From contig CAZFGX010000001.1 of assembly GCA_964518565.1 (NCBI GenBank), positions 734,568 through 798,567 on the forward strand: a stretch of DNA of 64,000 nucleotides, in the 5' to 3' direction. Position numbers and translations under genes: made by a program. This DNA is from an uncultured Gammaproteobacteria bacterium. Its GTDB lineage: Bacteria > Patescibacteriota > Microgenomatia > CAZETR01 > Amesbacteraceae. Below, one piece after another: positions 56,911 to 64,000 of this stretch (the first letter of the stretch is position 1; each line of letters opens with the position of its first letter). The notes beneath the pieces were generated by a model. The model did no database searches. It worked only from the letters and a program-made list of their open reading frames with translations, and was not told where the DNA came from.

Positions 56911-58224
56911 TTAATCGTGCAACAGTTTCTTAATCGCCGCTTCTACACTTTTTCCCGATTCAGCAGAAGCCACCTTATAACCCAATTTCTTTGCCTCTTT
57001 CACTCGTACTTCCAATCCTTGAACCCTTCGTACTTCACCCAACAGCCCCACCTCTCCAACTGCCGCAACTGTTGCCGGCAAAGACCGGTTTAAAAAAGAA
57101 CTAGCAATAGACAAACATATGGCCAAATCAATTCCCCTATCAGCCAGACGAATACCTCCAGTCACATTAACAAAAATATCCGAAGATTCTATATGCAACC
57201 CGGCCCGTTTCTGCAAAACCGCCACCAACATCTGCATACGTGCCGAGTCTACTCCGGTTGCTACTCGTCTAGGCACTGCCAACTGACTAGATACTACCAA
57301 CGCCTGAATCTCTACCATCATTGGTCGTTTTCCCTCAACCACTACCGACACCACGCTGCCAGGTACACCACTCACTCGTTCTTCGAGCAGCAATTGCGAT
57401 GGGTCAGATATTCCTACCAATCCCTGCTCTTTCATCTCAAACACCCCCACCGCATCAGTTGGACCAAAACGATTTTTGACAGCTCTCACCAGTCGTAATG
57501 TCTGCCCCCGTTCACCCTCAAACCACAATACTGTATCTACCATATGTTCCAATACTCGCGGGCCTGCCATCGTACCTTCTTTTGTCACATGCCCCACCAA
57601 AAACGCTGGTATACCCAACTGCTTACAACTCATCCCCACCCGAGACGCACATTCTCGCACCTGCCCAACAGATCCAGCTACTCCAGTCAAATCATCGGTC
57701 ACCAATGTTTGTATCGAATCGACTATGACAAGATTTGGTTTAATCTCTCCAATTTTCATAACAATCTCATCCGCATTCGTGCTCTCAAACAACAACAATT
57801 CCTGACCCACTGCAGTATTTCCTGCTATTCGCCGAACCCGTAATGCCACCTGACTAGCACTCTCTTCTCCACAAACATACAAAACCTTACCTCGACAATG
57901 CAACGCTACCTGCGTCAACAATGTGGATTTACCTATTCCAGGCTCACCAGCGATCAAGGCTACCAACCCCTGAACCATGCCACCACCCAAGACCATATCC
58001 AGTTCCAACTCTCCAGTACTCAAACGTTTCTTTTCATCGATTTGGATTTCACTCAGCGTGTAAATGGGTGACGCTCCAGAAGTATGTCTTCGTGCACCTT
58101 GTTGCACTTCAGCCACACTCTCCACTAGGCTATTCCAAGTGTCACAATTTGGACATTTTCCTGCCCATTGCGACTGGCTATATCCACAATTTTGGCATAT
58201 ATACTGACTTCTACTTTTCGCCAT
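56911..58224 (-). CDS. radA: DNA repair protein RadA/Sms
   Basis: N-terminal Zn finger YICQNCGYSQSQWAGKCPNCDTW. Walker A LIAGEPGIGKSTLL. KNRFGPTDAVGVFEM motif. Lon-like C-terminus. Start at MAKSRSQYIC. Confidence 0.85.
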   Translation of the reverse strand: MAKSRSQYICQNCGYSQSQWAGKCPNCDTWNSLVESVAEVQQGARRHTSGASPIYTLSEIQIDEKKRLSTGELELDMVLGGGMVQGLVALIAGEPGIGKSTLLTQVALHCRGKVLYVCGEESASQVALRVRRIAGNTAVGQELLLFESTNADEIVMKIGEIKPNLVIVDSIQTLVTDDLTGVAGSVGQVRECASRVGMSCKQLGIPAFLVGHVTKEGTMAGPRVLEHMVDTVLWFEGERGQTLRLVRAVKNRFGPTDAVGVFEMKEQGLVGISDPSQLLLEERVSGVPGSVVSVVVEGKRPMMVEIQALVVSSQLAVPRRVATGVDSARMQMLVAVLQKRAGLHIESSDIFVNVTGGIRLADRGIDLAICLSIASSFLNRSLPATVAAVGEVGLLGEVRRVQGLEVRVKEAKKLGYKVASAESGKSVEAAIKKLLHD

Positions 58225-58273
58225 ACCTACGTACCATAGCACAAAAAAGCCCCGATCTCTCGGGGCATAACAA

Positions 58274-58849
58274 CTAAACCTTGTGAAATCGTATCTGCAA
58301 AAAATTTGTCCACAAATATAAAAACCAAGCACCAATCAGGGTAATTACAAAGATACCCACCCAAACAGACGCCGGATCAGTAATAATATTTGTCAAGATT
58401 TGTCCATCCAAACACTTGGCCACTACTTCCACCTCTTCCGCTGGCGGCTTCTCAGGTCCAGGATCAGAAATGAACACAAACTCCCATACACCAGGCTCTA
58501 AATACGTCGTCATTGAGTACACTTTTTCCACAGCCCCAAGTTCCACTCCAGAGACCAACCGAGCTGGAATAACAGTCTGAGGTGTATTGGTATTTTGTAT
58601 CAAAAATTTCGCATGCGACCCTGCTTCAATGCCACACGTACCATCAACTACCAATCTACTTCCCTGGTCAATCCAGATCCGGGTGTTCAAATCAAATGGT
58701 TTATAGCTATACCAAGTTTGAACCAACCAAAATATAGCAAATGCCCACAAGCAAACCAATATGATCATTCCGATAATCCAAACTGGCACAGAGACACCAC
58801 GCAATGTTTTCAATTTCCCAATCATAAAACTACCTCCAAAAAAATTCAC
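58274..58849 (-). CDS. Hypothetical membrane protein with N- and C-terminal TM helices
   Basis: Hydrophobic VPVWIIGMIILVCLWAFAIFWLV and WVGIFVITLIGAWFLYLW. No motif recognised. Confidence 0.5.
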   Translation of the reverse strand: MNFFGGSFMIGKLKTLRGVSVPVWIIGMIILVCLWAFAIFWLVQTWYSYKPFDLNTRIWIDQGSRLVVDGTCGIEAGSHAKFLIQNTNTPQTVIPARLVSGVELGAVEKVYSMTTYLEPGVWEFVFISDPGPEKPPAEEVEVVAKCLDGQILTNIITDPASVWVGIFVITLIGAWFLYLWTNFLQIRFHKV

Positions 58850-58880
58850 AATCTCTCAAAGTACCAAATTACTCGTCTGT

Positions 58881-59990
58881 TTACTTGTATCCTACCGGCT
58901 TTTCGGTCAATACAACACCCAGACTCAAACGTCGCTTATCCAAATCTACTGATTCGACAAATACTTCCAACTCATCGCCTTCTTTAAATGCCGTATTAGC
59001 TGGCAATTTTGATGCATGGATCAATCCTTCGACACCCTTCTCTAGTCGCACCAATACACCGTATGGCACCACTTTGGTGACAGCTCCCTTATGCTTCGAA
59101 TCTGTTGCATAGCGTTTACCCACTTCTATCCATGGATCAGATGATAATCGCTTCAGTGACAAAGCCAGTTTTCCAGTTTCTTCATCTACTCCAATTACTT
59201 TAACTTGAACCTTGTCTCCTTCCTTCAGAATCTTATGCACCTCATCGATCTTTTCCCAAGAAATCTCTGAAATATGCACCAAACCTTCGACAGTCTGAGC
59301 CTTCTCGCCTTTTCCAACTGTCACGCTAATAAATGCTCCAAATGGTACAGTACCCACTACTGTTCCTTCATATTCACCACCCAGAGTCACCAGCTCCAAG
59401 GCTTTTTTGCGCTTGTCTAACTCTTCAGATTCAGATACTGCTCGTTCAGACAATACCAATCTGTTTTGACTTCTATCTACTTCTACGACTTTCACTGGAA
59501 AGGATTTGCCTACAAAGGATGAAGTATTTGCTTCCATATCCCGACCAAATTGTGATGTAGGAATAAACCCATACACTCCATCCACATCGACCAACATTCC
59601 ACCCTTAGTAGCTTCTTTTCCTCGAACTGAAACCACAGACTCATCAGCCATTGCTTGTTCAAATGCTTTCCAACGAGTCTCAACCGCAGCTCGTCGCAAA
59701 GACAATACTACATGTCCTGCTTCATTTTCAGACACCAATACCATTCCACTGACTTCATCACCTGGCTTTAAAGACTTAAAATAATCCTTCGCAATGGCAA
59801 ATTCTTGTTCAGATACAACCGCATCAGACTTTCCACCAATATTAATAAATACGGTCTTATTGGTTACTTCCTTAACCTTACCCTTAACAGTTGTTCCTCG
59901 ACGAAAGCCCTTAAAATCATAACCCGTAGACGCCAACAACTCCTCCATGACAGAGCCAGATATATTAGATGAAGATTTCTTTTGAGCCAC
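58881..59990 (-). CDS. rpsA: 30S ribosomal protein S1, short form with four S1 domains
   Basis: Repeated S1 OB-fold units, e.g. VKGKVKEV...VFINIGGK and KEGDKVQVKVIGVDEETGKLALSLK. Confidence 0.8.
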   Translation of the reverse strand: MAQKKSSSNISGSVMEELLASTGYDFKGFRRGTTVKGKVKEVTNKTVFINIGGKSDAVVSEQEFAIAKDYFKSLKPGDEVSGMVLVSENEAGHVVLSLRRAAVETRWKAFEQAMADESVVSVRGKEATKGGMLVDVDGVYGFIPTSQFGRDMEANTSSFVGKSFPVKVVEVDRSQNRLVLSERAVSESEELDKRKKALELVTLGGEYEGTVVGTVPFGAFISVTVGKGEKAQTVEGLVHISEISWEKIDEVHKILKEGDKVQVKVIGVDEETGKLALSLKRLSSDPWIEVGKRYATDSKHKGAVTKVVPYGVLVRLEKGVEGLIHASKLPANTAFKEGDELEVFVESVDLDKRRLSLGVVLTEKPVGYK

Positions 59991-60048
59991 GATTCATGTC
60001 CACCTTTCTTGTTTAGTTTGGGATTATTATATCAGATTACCCACCCAA

Positions 60049-61662
60049 TTACACCCACTGCCCAAAATATCGTAATGCATCCGCCGTTTTTTCAAATACT
60101 AACTTTTTCTTTTTTAGTCCCAAATACTCTTCACTCTCCTCAAGCCATCGCTCCACAAAAGGACTGACACCAGTAAGAACGATCTCTTTTTTTGCTTGAT
60201 GCGCCATATCAATAATTTCTGAAATACATTCCACACCCTCCATATCAATAAACAACAACTCACGCAAACGTATAACCACCCTCTTATACTCCGACAATCC
60301 TTTACTAAATCGCTCCAAATGCGCCTCTGCATTTAGGTGCAACAACTGCCCTTTAATAGCATAAACAACAATCTCCCCTTTCACATCAATTTCACCCAAC
60401 GTGTCGCCGTTCACTCGATGAACTATACCTTTTTTGGAGTGGTTCAAAATCAACTCAAACTGCCCACGAGACATCTTTTCAACCAACAACAACAACGAAA
60501 CCACCGTACCGACTAAAATTCCATAAATCGGATCAATATACACCATGATAACAGTCACCAAAATAGATATCCAAAAACTCTTTTTGTCCAAATACCACAT
60601 CTCTATAAATCGTTCCCGCTCCACCATTCGAAATGCGACAAACATCAAAATAGCAGCAATTACTGCAATTGGAATATATCTAAAGTACCCTAAAAATAAG
60701 AAAGAAACCACAGCAATAGCAATACAATTAATAGTCGCAGACACTTTGTGTGTCGCCCCTGTTTTAATATTTGTGGCAGTTCGTGCCAAAACTCCAGTCG
60801 CCGGCAAACCACCCATTGCTCCCGACACCAAATTAGCAATTCCAAGTCCAAACATCTCTTTTCGTTTGTTGTAATGGGTCCCAGTCATCCCATCTGCAAT
60901 CTTTGCCGACAATAGTGTCTCCAAAATAGCTACCAATGCCACAGCAATACCTGTAACAATTAGCGAAGGTTCGAATCGCAATGTTGGCATCTTAAAAAGT
61001 ACTGGTGCCAATGCAGGAAACTTCGACCCAAGTGTAGCCAGCTGAATCGGCAACGTGCCAGTGGTAGACAAATACCCTAGCAAAATACCAGGCAAGACAA
61101 GCACGATAGCTGGAGGAATTTTTGGCAGTAGTTTTAACATCACAAACATCATCATTAAAAATACCGTAAATACTAAAAACGTCGGCATAGATATTGCAGA
61201 TAAATGCAAGAAGGTTTCAACCATATTTTCAACAAATCGCTCATGAACTTGTAGTCCAGATAAACCTAAAGCAGAATTTAGCTGACCGCCCGCAATAGTT
61301 ATGGCCACTCCCAAAGTAAACCCGTGAACAACTGAAGCTGGGATAAAAACCAAATATCGTTCTAACTTAAAAACCCAAGAAATCAGAATAAATATTCCCG
61401 TAACGACTGCCAACATCGGCAACAAACTTGCTCCATATGTCAATGCAAATGCTGCCAATATGCCGGTTAATGCTCCAGCCGGTCCTACAATGTTGTAGTT
61501 ACTTCCTCCAAAAATCGAAGCCATCAACCCTGCCCAAATCGCCGTCAATATCCCTTCCACTGGTGTTGCCTGAGACGCAACTGCAAGAGATACCGACAAA
61601 GGAATAGAAACAAATGCAACTGTTAATCCAGATTTCCAATTTTCTTTAATCTTTTCAAACAT
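60049..61662 (-). CDS. SulP-family anion transporter with a C-terminal STAS domain
   Basis: GLTVAFVSIPLSVSLAVASQATPVEGILTAIWAGLMASIFGGSNYNIVGPAGALTGIL SulP signature. C-terminal STAS-like VVIRLRELLFIDMEGVECI. Confidence 0.8.
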   Translation of the reverse strand: MFEKIKENWKSGLTVAFVSIPLSVSLAVASQATPVEGILTAIWAGLMASIFGGSNYNIVGPAGALTGILAAFALTYGASLLPMLAVVTGIFILISWVFKLERYLVFIPASVVHGFTLGVAITIAGGQLNSALGLSGLQVHERFVENMVETFLHLSAISMPTFLVFTVFLMMMFVMLKLLPKIPPAIVLVLPGILLGYLSTTGTLPIQLATLGSKFPALAPVLFKMPTLRFEPSLIVTGIAVALVAILETLLSAKIADGMTGTHYNKRKEMFGLGIANLVSGAMGGLPATGVLARTATNIKTGATHKVSATINCIAIAVVSFLFLGYFRYIPIAVIAAILMFVAFRMVERERFIEMWYLDKKSFWISILVTVIMVYIDPIYGILVGTVVSLLLLVEKMSRGQFELILNHSKKGIVHRVNGDTLGEIDVKGEIVVYAIKGQLLHLNAEAHLERFSKGLSEYKRVVIRLRELLFIDMEGVECISEIIDMAHQAKKEIVLTGVSPFVERWLEESEEYLGLKKKKLVFEKTADALRYFGQWV

Positions 61663-61730
61663 ATTGATTCAAAAGAATAACAGCATATCGCCGCTGGCCA
61701 CGATTATACTCTCGGAAAATCAATTACTCA

Positions 61731-63425
61731 CTACTTCAAACACACATTCACAAAAGCAACAAAAATGGGATGCGGCGACAGTGGTCGAGATTTATATTCC
61801 GGATGAAATTGAGTTCCAACAAAAAAAGGGTGAGCTGATGTTGGCAATTCTACCGCCTCTACCAAAGTTCCATCTGGACTAGTACCACTAATAACCAGTC
61901 CAGCTTTTTCCAATTGTTCACGATATTGATTGTTAAACTCATATCTATGTCTATGCCGCTCAGATACAATACGTTCGTCGATACAATTTGGCTCTAATCC
62001 ATAACGTTTATAAGCTGTTTCCAAAATCGATCCCTCCAACACCGCACATGGCCAAGCCCCTAATCGAATTGTCCCACCATATTGATGCGCTGCTAAATAT
62101 TTTTCCTGATCAGGCATCAGATGTATAACTGGATATTTTGTTTTTGAATCCACCTCAAAAGAATTTGCACCATCTAAATGCAGAATATGCCGCGCATATT
62201 CAATCACTGCCATCTGCATTCCAAAACACAAACCCAAAAAAGGAATCTTCATTTCTCGAGCCGCTTGTACGGCAGCAATTTTTCCTTCAGTTCCTCGACT
62301 CCCCCAGCCTTGTGGCACAATTACGCCATCAAAATTTGCAAATCTTTTTTTAAGCTCTGGCAGATCTGCCTCTTCAGAATTAATCCATTCCATATCTACA
62401 CCAACGCCCAGTTTTGCCGCAGCATGCTTGATCGCCTCAATCACACAAATATACGAATCCTTCAAGACATAATTCCCTGTCGCAAAATATTTTCCCACCA
62501 TAGCAATTTTTATTTTTTTCTTTGGGGTATGTAGTTGTTTTACAAAATGGGACCAATCTGCCAAATCAATTTTTGTCACCGACAAACCCAACTTCTTAAG
62601 CGCTTTACTTGAAAATTTTTGCTTTTCCATAAAAAGCGGCACTTCATAAATATCATCTAAATCAGGGTTTGAAATAATATCCTCATCCTGCATGTTACAA
62701 AACAAGGCCAGTCGTTCACGTCGCTTATCATCAATTGGTTTTTCACTTCGAGCAATCAAAAAATCTGGCTGTATTCCCATGGAATTCAATACATGCACAG
62801 ATTGTTGCGTTGGCTTACTCTTGAGCTCTCCAATACTTTTAATTACTGGTAAATAAGATACATGTATATGCAGAACATCGTGTGGTTGTCGCAATTTCAT
62901 GATTCTATTTGCCTCGAAAAATAACCCATTTTGATATTCACCCACAGTTCCCCCCAACTCCACTATTACTATTTGAGCTTTATTTACCTCACCAGCTTTT
63001 ACAATTCGACCAATTATCTCGTCAGTTACATGCGGTATTGCTTCCACATCTTCACCATGATACCCAAATGCACGCTCACGATCGATAACAGATTTATATA
63101 CCTGACCAGTGGTCATATAATTTTGTCTATGTAGTGATCGATTTAAATATCGTTCATAGTGTCCCAGATCTTGATCTGTCTCAATACCATCATCCGTCAC
63201 AAACACCTCTCCATGCTCCTGTGGCCGAATCGTCCCCGCATCAACATTAAGATACATATCTATCTTAATATTCGTCGTCCTATACCCATGTGACTCAAGC
63301 AACAACCCTAAACTCGCTGCAGTAATTCCCTTACCCAATCCAGAGATGACTCCCCCACTAACAAAAATATACTTTGTAGTTTTTTTTCTAGCGGGCACTA
63401 AAAGATTATAGTCATCAAAAACCAA
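61731..63425 (-). CDS. pyrG: CTP synthase
   Basis: KYIFVSGGVISGLGKGITAASLG N-terminal synthetase motif. C-terminal glutamine amidotransferase GLCFGMQM. Confidence 0.9.
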   Translation of the reverse strand: MVFDDYNLLVPARKKTTKYIFVSGGVISGLGKGITAASLGLLLESHGYRTTNIKIDMYLNVDAGTIRPQEHGEVFVTDDGIETDQDLGHYERYLNRSLHRQNYMTTGQVYKSVIDRERAFGYHGEDVEAIPHVTDEIIGRIVKAGEVNKAQIVIVELGGTVGEYQNGLFFEANRIMKLRQPHDVLHIHVSYLPVIKSIGELKSKPTQQSVHVLNSMGIQPDFLIARSEKPIDDKRRERLALFCNMQDEDIISNPDLDDIYEVPLFMEKQKFSSKALKKLGLSVTKIDLADWSHFVKQLHTPKKKIKIAMVGKYFATGNYVLKDSYICVIEAIKHAAAKLGVGVDMEWINSEEADLPELKKRFANFDGVIVPQGWGSRGTEGKIAAVQAAREMKIPFLGLCFGMQMAVIEYARHILHLDGANSFEVDSKTKYPVIHLMPDQEKYLAAHQYGGTIRLGAWPCAVLEGSILETAYKRYGLEPNCIDERIVSERHRHRYEFNNQYREQLEKAGLVISGTSPDGTLVEAVELPTSAHPFFVGTQFHPEYKSRPLSPHPIFVAFVNVCLK

Positions 63426-63443
63426 ATAAAAAAGTCCTAAAAA

Positions 63444-63818
63444 TTAACTCCCCAATATTCCGACTTTCAATCTGTTCAAAATTGCCACTGCTGCTGGCGA
63501 ATGGTCAGGCTCTCTATCAGGCCGATTATGAAATAAACTTGTCGCGTCTTTTCCACATCCTTGTAAAATTTTGTCTCCTCCAGGATGTAATTTTACATAA
63601 GCAGTCACATCATATACACCGCCATCAATAGCCATCCAACAATCGTTTTGTGAATTATGACTAGAAATATCTGCCAAAGTATATGTCTTCATTTGGTCTA
63701 CTGGAACCGGTGTCGGTAACGCCGAAATCGCACTAGACAAATTTGAAGACTTAAACACCCAAAACCCCACTCCCAAAACAACCAAAACCAGCAAGGCAAT
63801 AAGTATATTTTTTTTCAT
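63444..63818 (-). CDS. Secreted or membrane-anchored cytochrome b5-like heme-binding domain protein
   Basis: N-terminal signal anchor MKKNILIALLVLVVLGVGFWVF. HNSQNDCWMAIDGGVYDVTAYVKLHPGG (cyt-b5 HPGG motif) and a second His in SLFHN. Confidence 0.6.
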   Translation of the reverse strand: MKKNILIALLVLVVLGVGFWVFKSSNLSSAISALPTPVPVDQMKTYTLADISSHNSQNDCWMAIDGGVYDVTAYVKLHPGGDKILQGCGKDATSLFHNRPDREPDHSPAAVAILNRLKVGILGS

Positions 63819-63835
63819 ATATATTTATTCTAAAC

Positions 63836-64000
63836 TCAAATTCTGACATTTTGCTGAATATCAGCAACGAGTTGCGGACCTTCAAAAATCATTCCCGTAA
63901 TTAATTGTATTTTTGTCGCACCCACAGCCAATTTTTCTTTCGCATCTCTATAATTAAATACTCCCCCACATCCTACAATTTCAAATCTATTTTTAAACTT
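63836..64000 (-). CDS. pyrD: Dihydroorotate dehydrogenase, C-terminal fragment; the gene continues beyond the window end
   Basis: Hand translation of the minus strand: ...EIVGCGGVFNYRDAKEKLAVGATKIQLITGMIFEGPQLVADIQQNVRI*, matching the DHODH C-terminal TIM-barrel strand. Confidence 0.55.
   Translation of the reverse strand, partial: KFKNRFEIVGCGGVFNYRDAKEKLAVGATKIQLITGMIFEGPQLVADIQQNVRI

Overview
This window is a gene-dense bacterial chromosomal segment. Low GC, short intergenic regions, minimal-domain housekeeping enzymes, giant Thr/Ser-rich surface proteins, competence genes and sortase substrates are consistent with a Gram-positive-like, reduced-genome lineage such as a Patescibacteria/CPR (Saccharibacteria-like) organism; this is an inference from gene content, not a search result.

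The main blocks, in order, are:
- 1-9.1 kb: two giant surface/adhesin genes, one with 219-nt tandem repeats and one with six or more LamG/concanavalin-like lectin domains.
- 9.1-10.7 kb: an excisionase-type HTH gene followed by two tandem paralogous double-zinc-ribbon membrane proteins.
- 11-20 kb: uppS (with an unusual C-terminal extension), a Tat-signal protein, a minimal proS, a Pro/Thr-rich sortase-type surface protein, tyrS, and an envelope glycosylation set (TagA/WecG-like, GT4, HAD).
- 20-25 kb: comEA plus a comEC that is split across two frames, then leuS.
- 25-30 kb: an accessory patch with a RAYT/IS200-like HUH transposase-family gene and GGTCAGACCT direct repeats, two tRNA-Ala genes (CGC and GGC) flanking a small Cys-containing ORF, a PIN-like gene pair, a bidirectional terminator and a zf-trcl double zinc-ribbon protein.
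- 30-44 kb: a nearly complete peptidoglycan-precursor locus (M23/LysM peptidase, murE, mraY, murC, murD, murI, pgeF, murA, murB, ddl, murF). It is interrupted by a DUF559/Vsr-like endonuclease gene bracketed by perfect 23-bp inverted palindromes, and by a dinD-like + NUDIX insertion.
- 44-49 kb: a PAS histidine kinase with a receiver-only regulator, a stress pair (KGG protein, GlsB/YeaQ) sharing 14-nt direct repeats, and an OmpR-type regulator.
- 49-56 kb: a minus-strand array of polyprenyl synthase, rho, an adenylosuccinate-synthetase-like gene with an altered active-site motif, a cytoplasmic vWA/MIDAS protein translationally coupled to a J-domain-pseudokinase fusion, a sortase, and a Cys-rich sorted protein. 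That protein shares a 'CRNP' cysteine module with the 14.3-kb surface protein.
- 56.3-56.9 kb: a 650-nt structured non-coding region.
- 57-64 kb: radA, a membrane protein, rpsA, a SulP transporter, pyrG, a secreted cytochrome-b5-like protein, and a 3'-partial pyrD.

The candidates for novelty are the J-domain-pseudokinase/vWA pair, the sortase-adjacent CRNP-module substrate family, the HTH + tandem zinc-ribbon membrane paralogs, and the palindrome-bracketed DUF559 insertion inside the cell-wall cluster.
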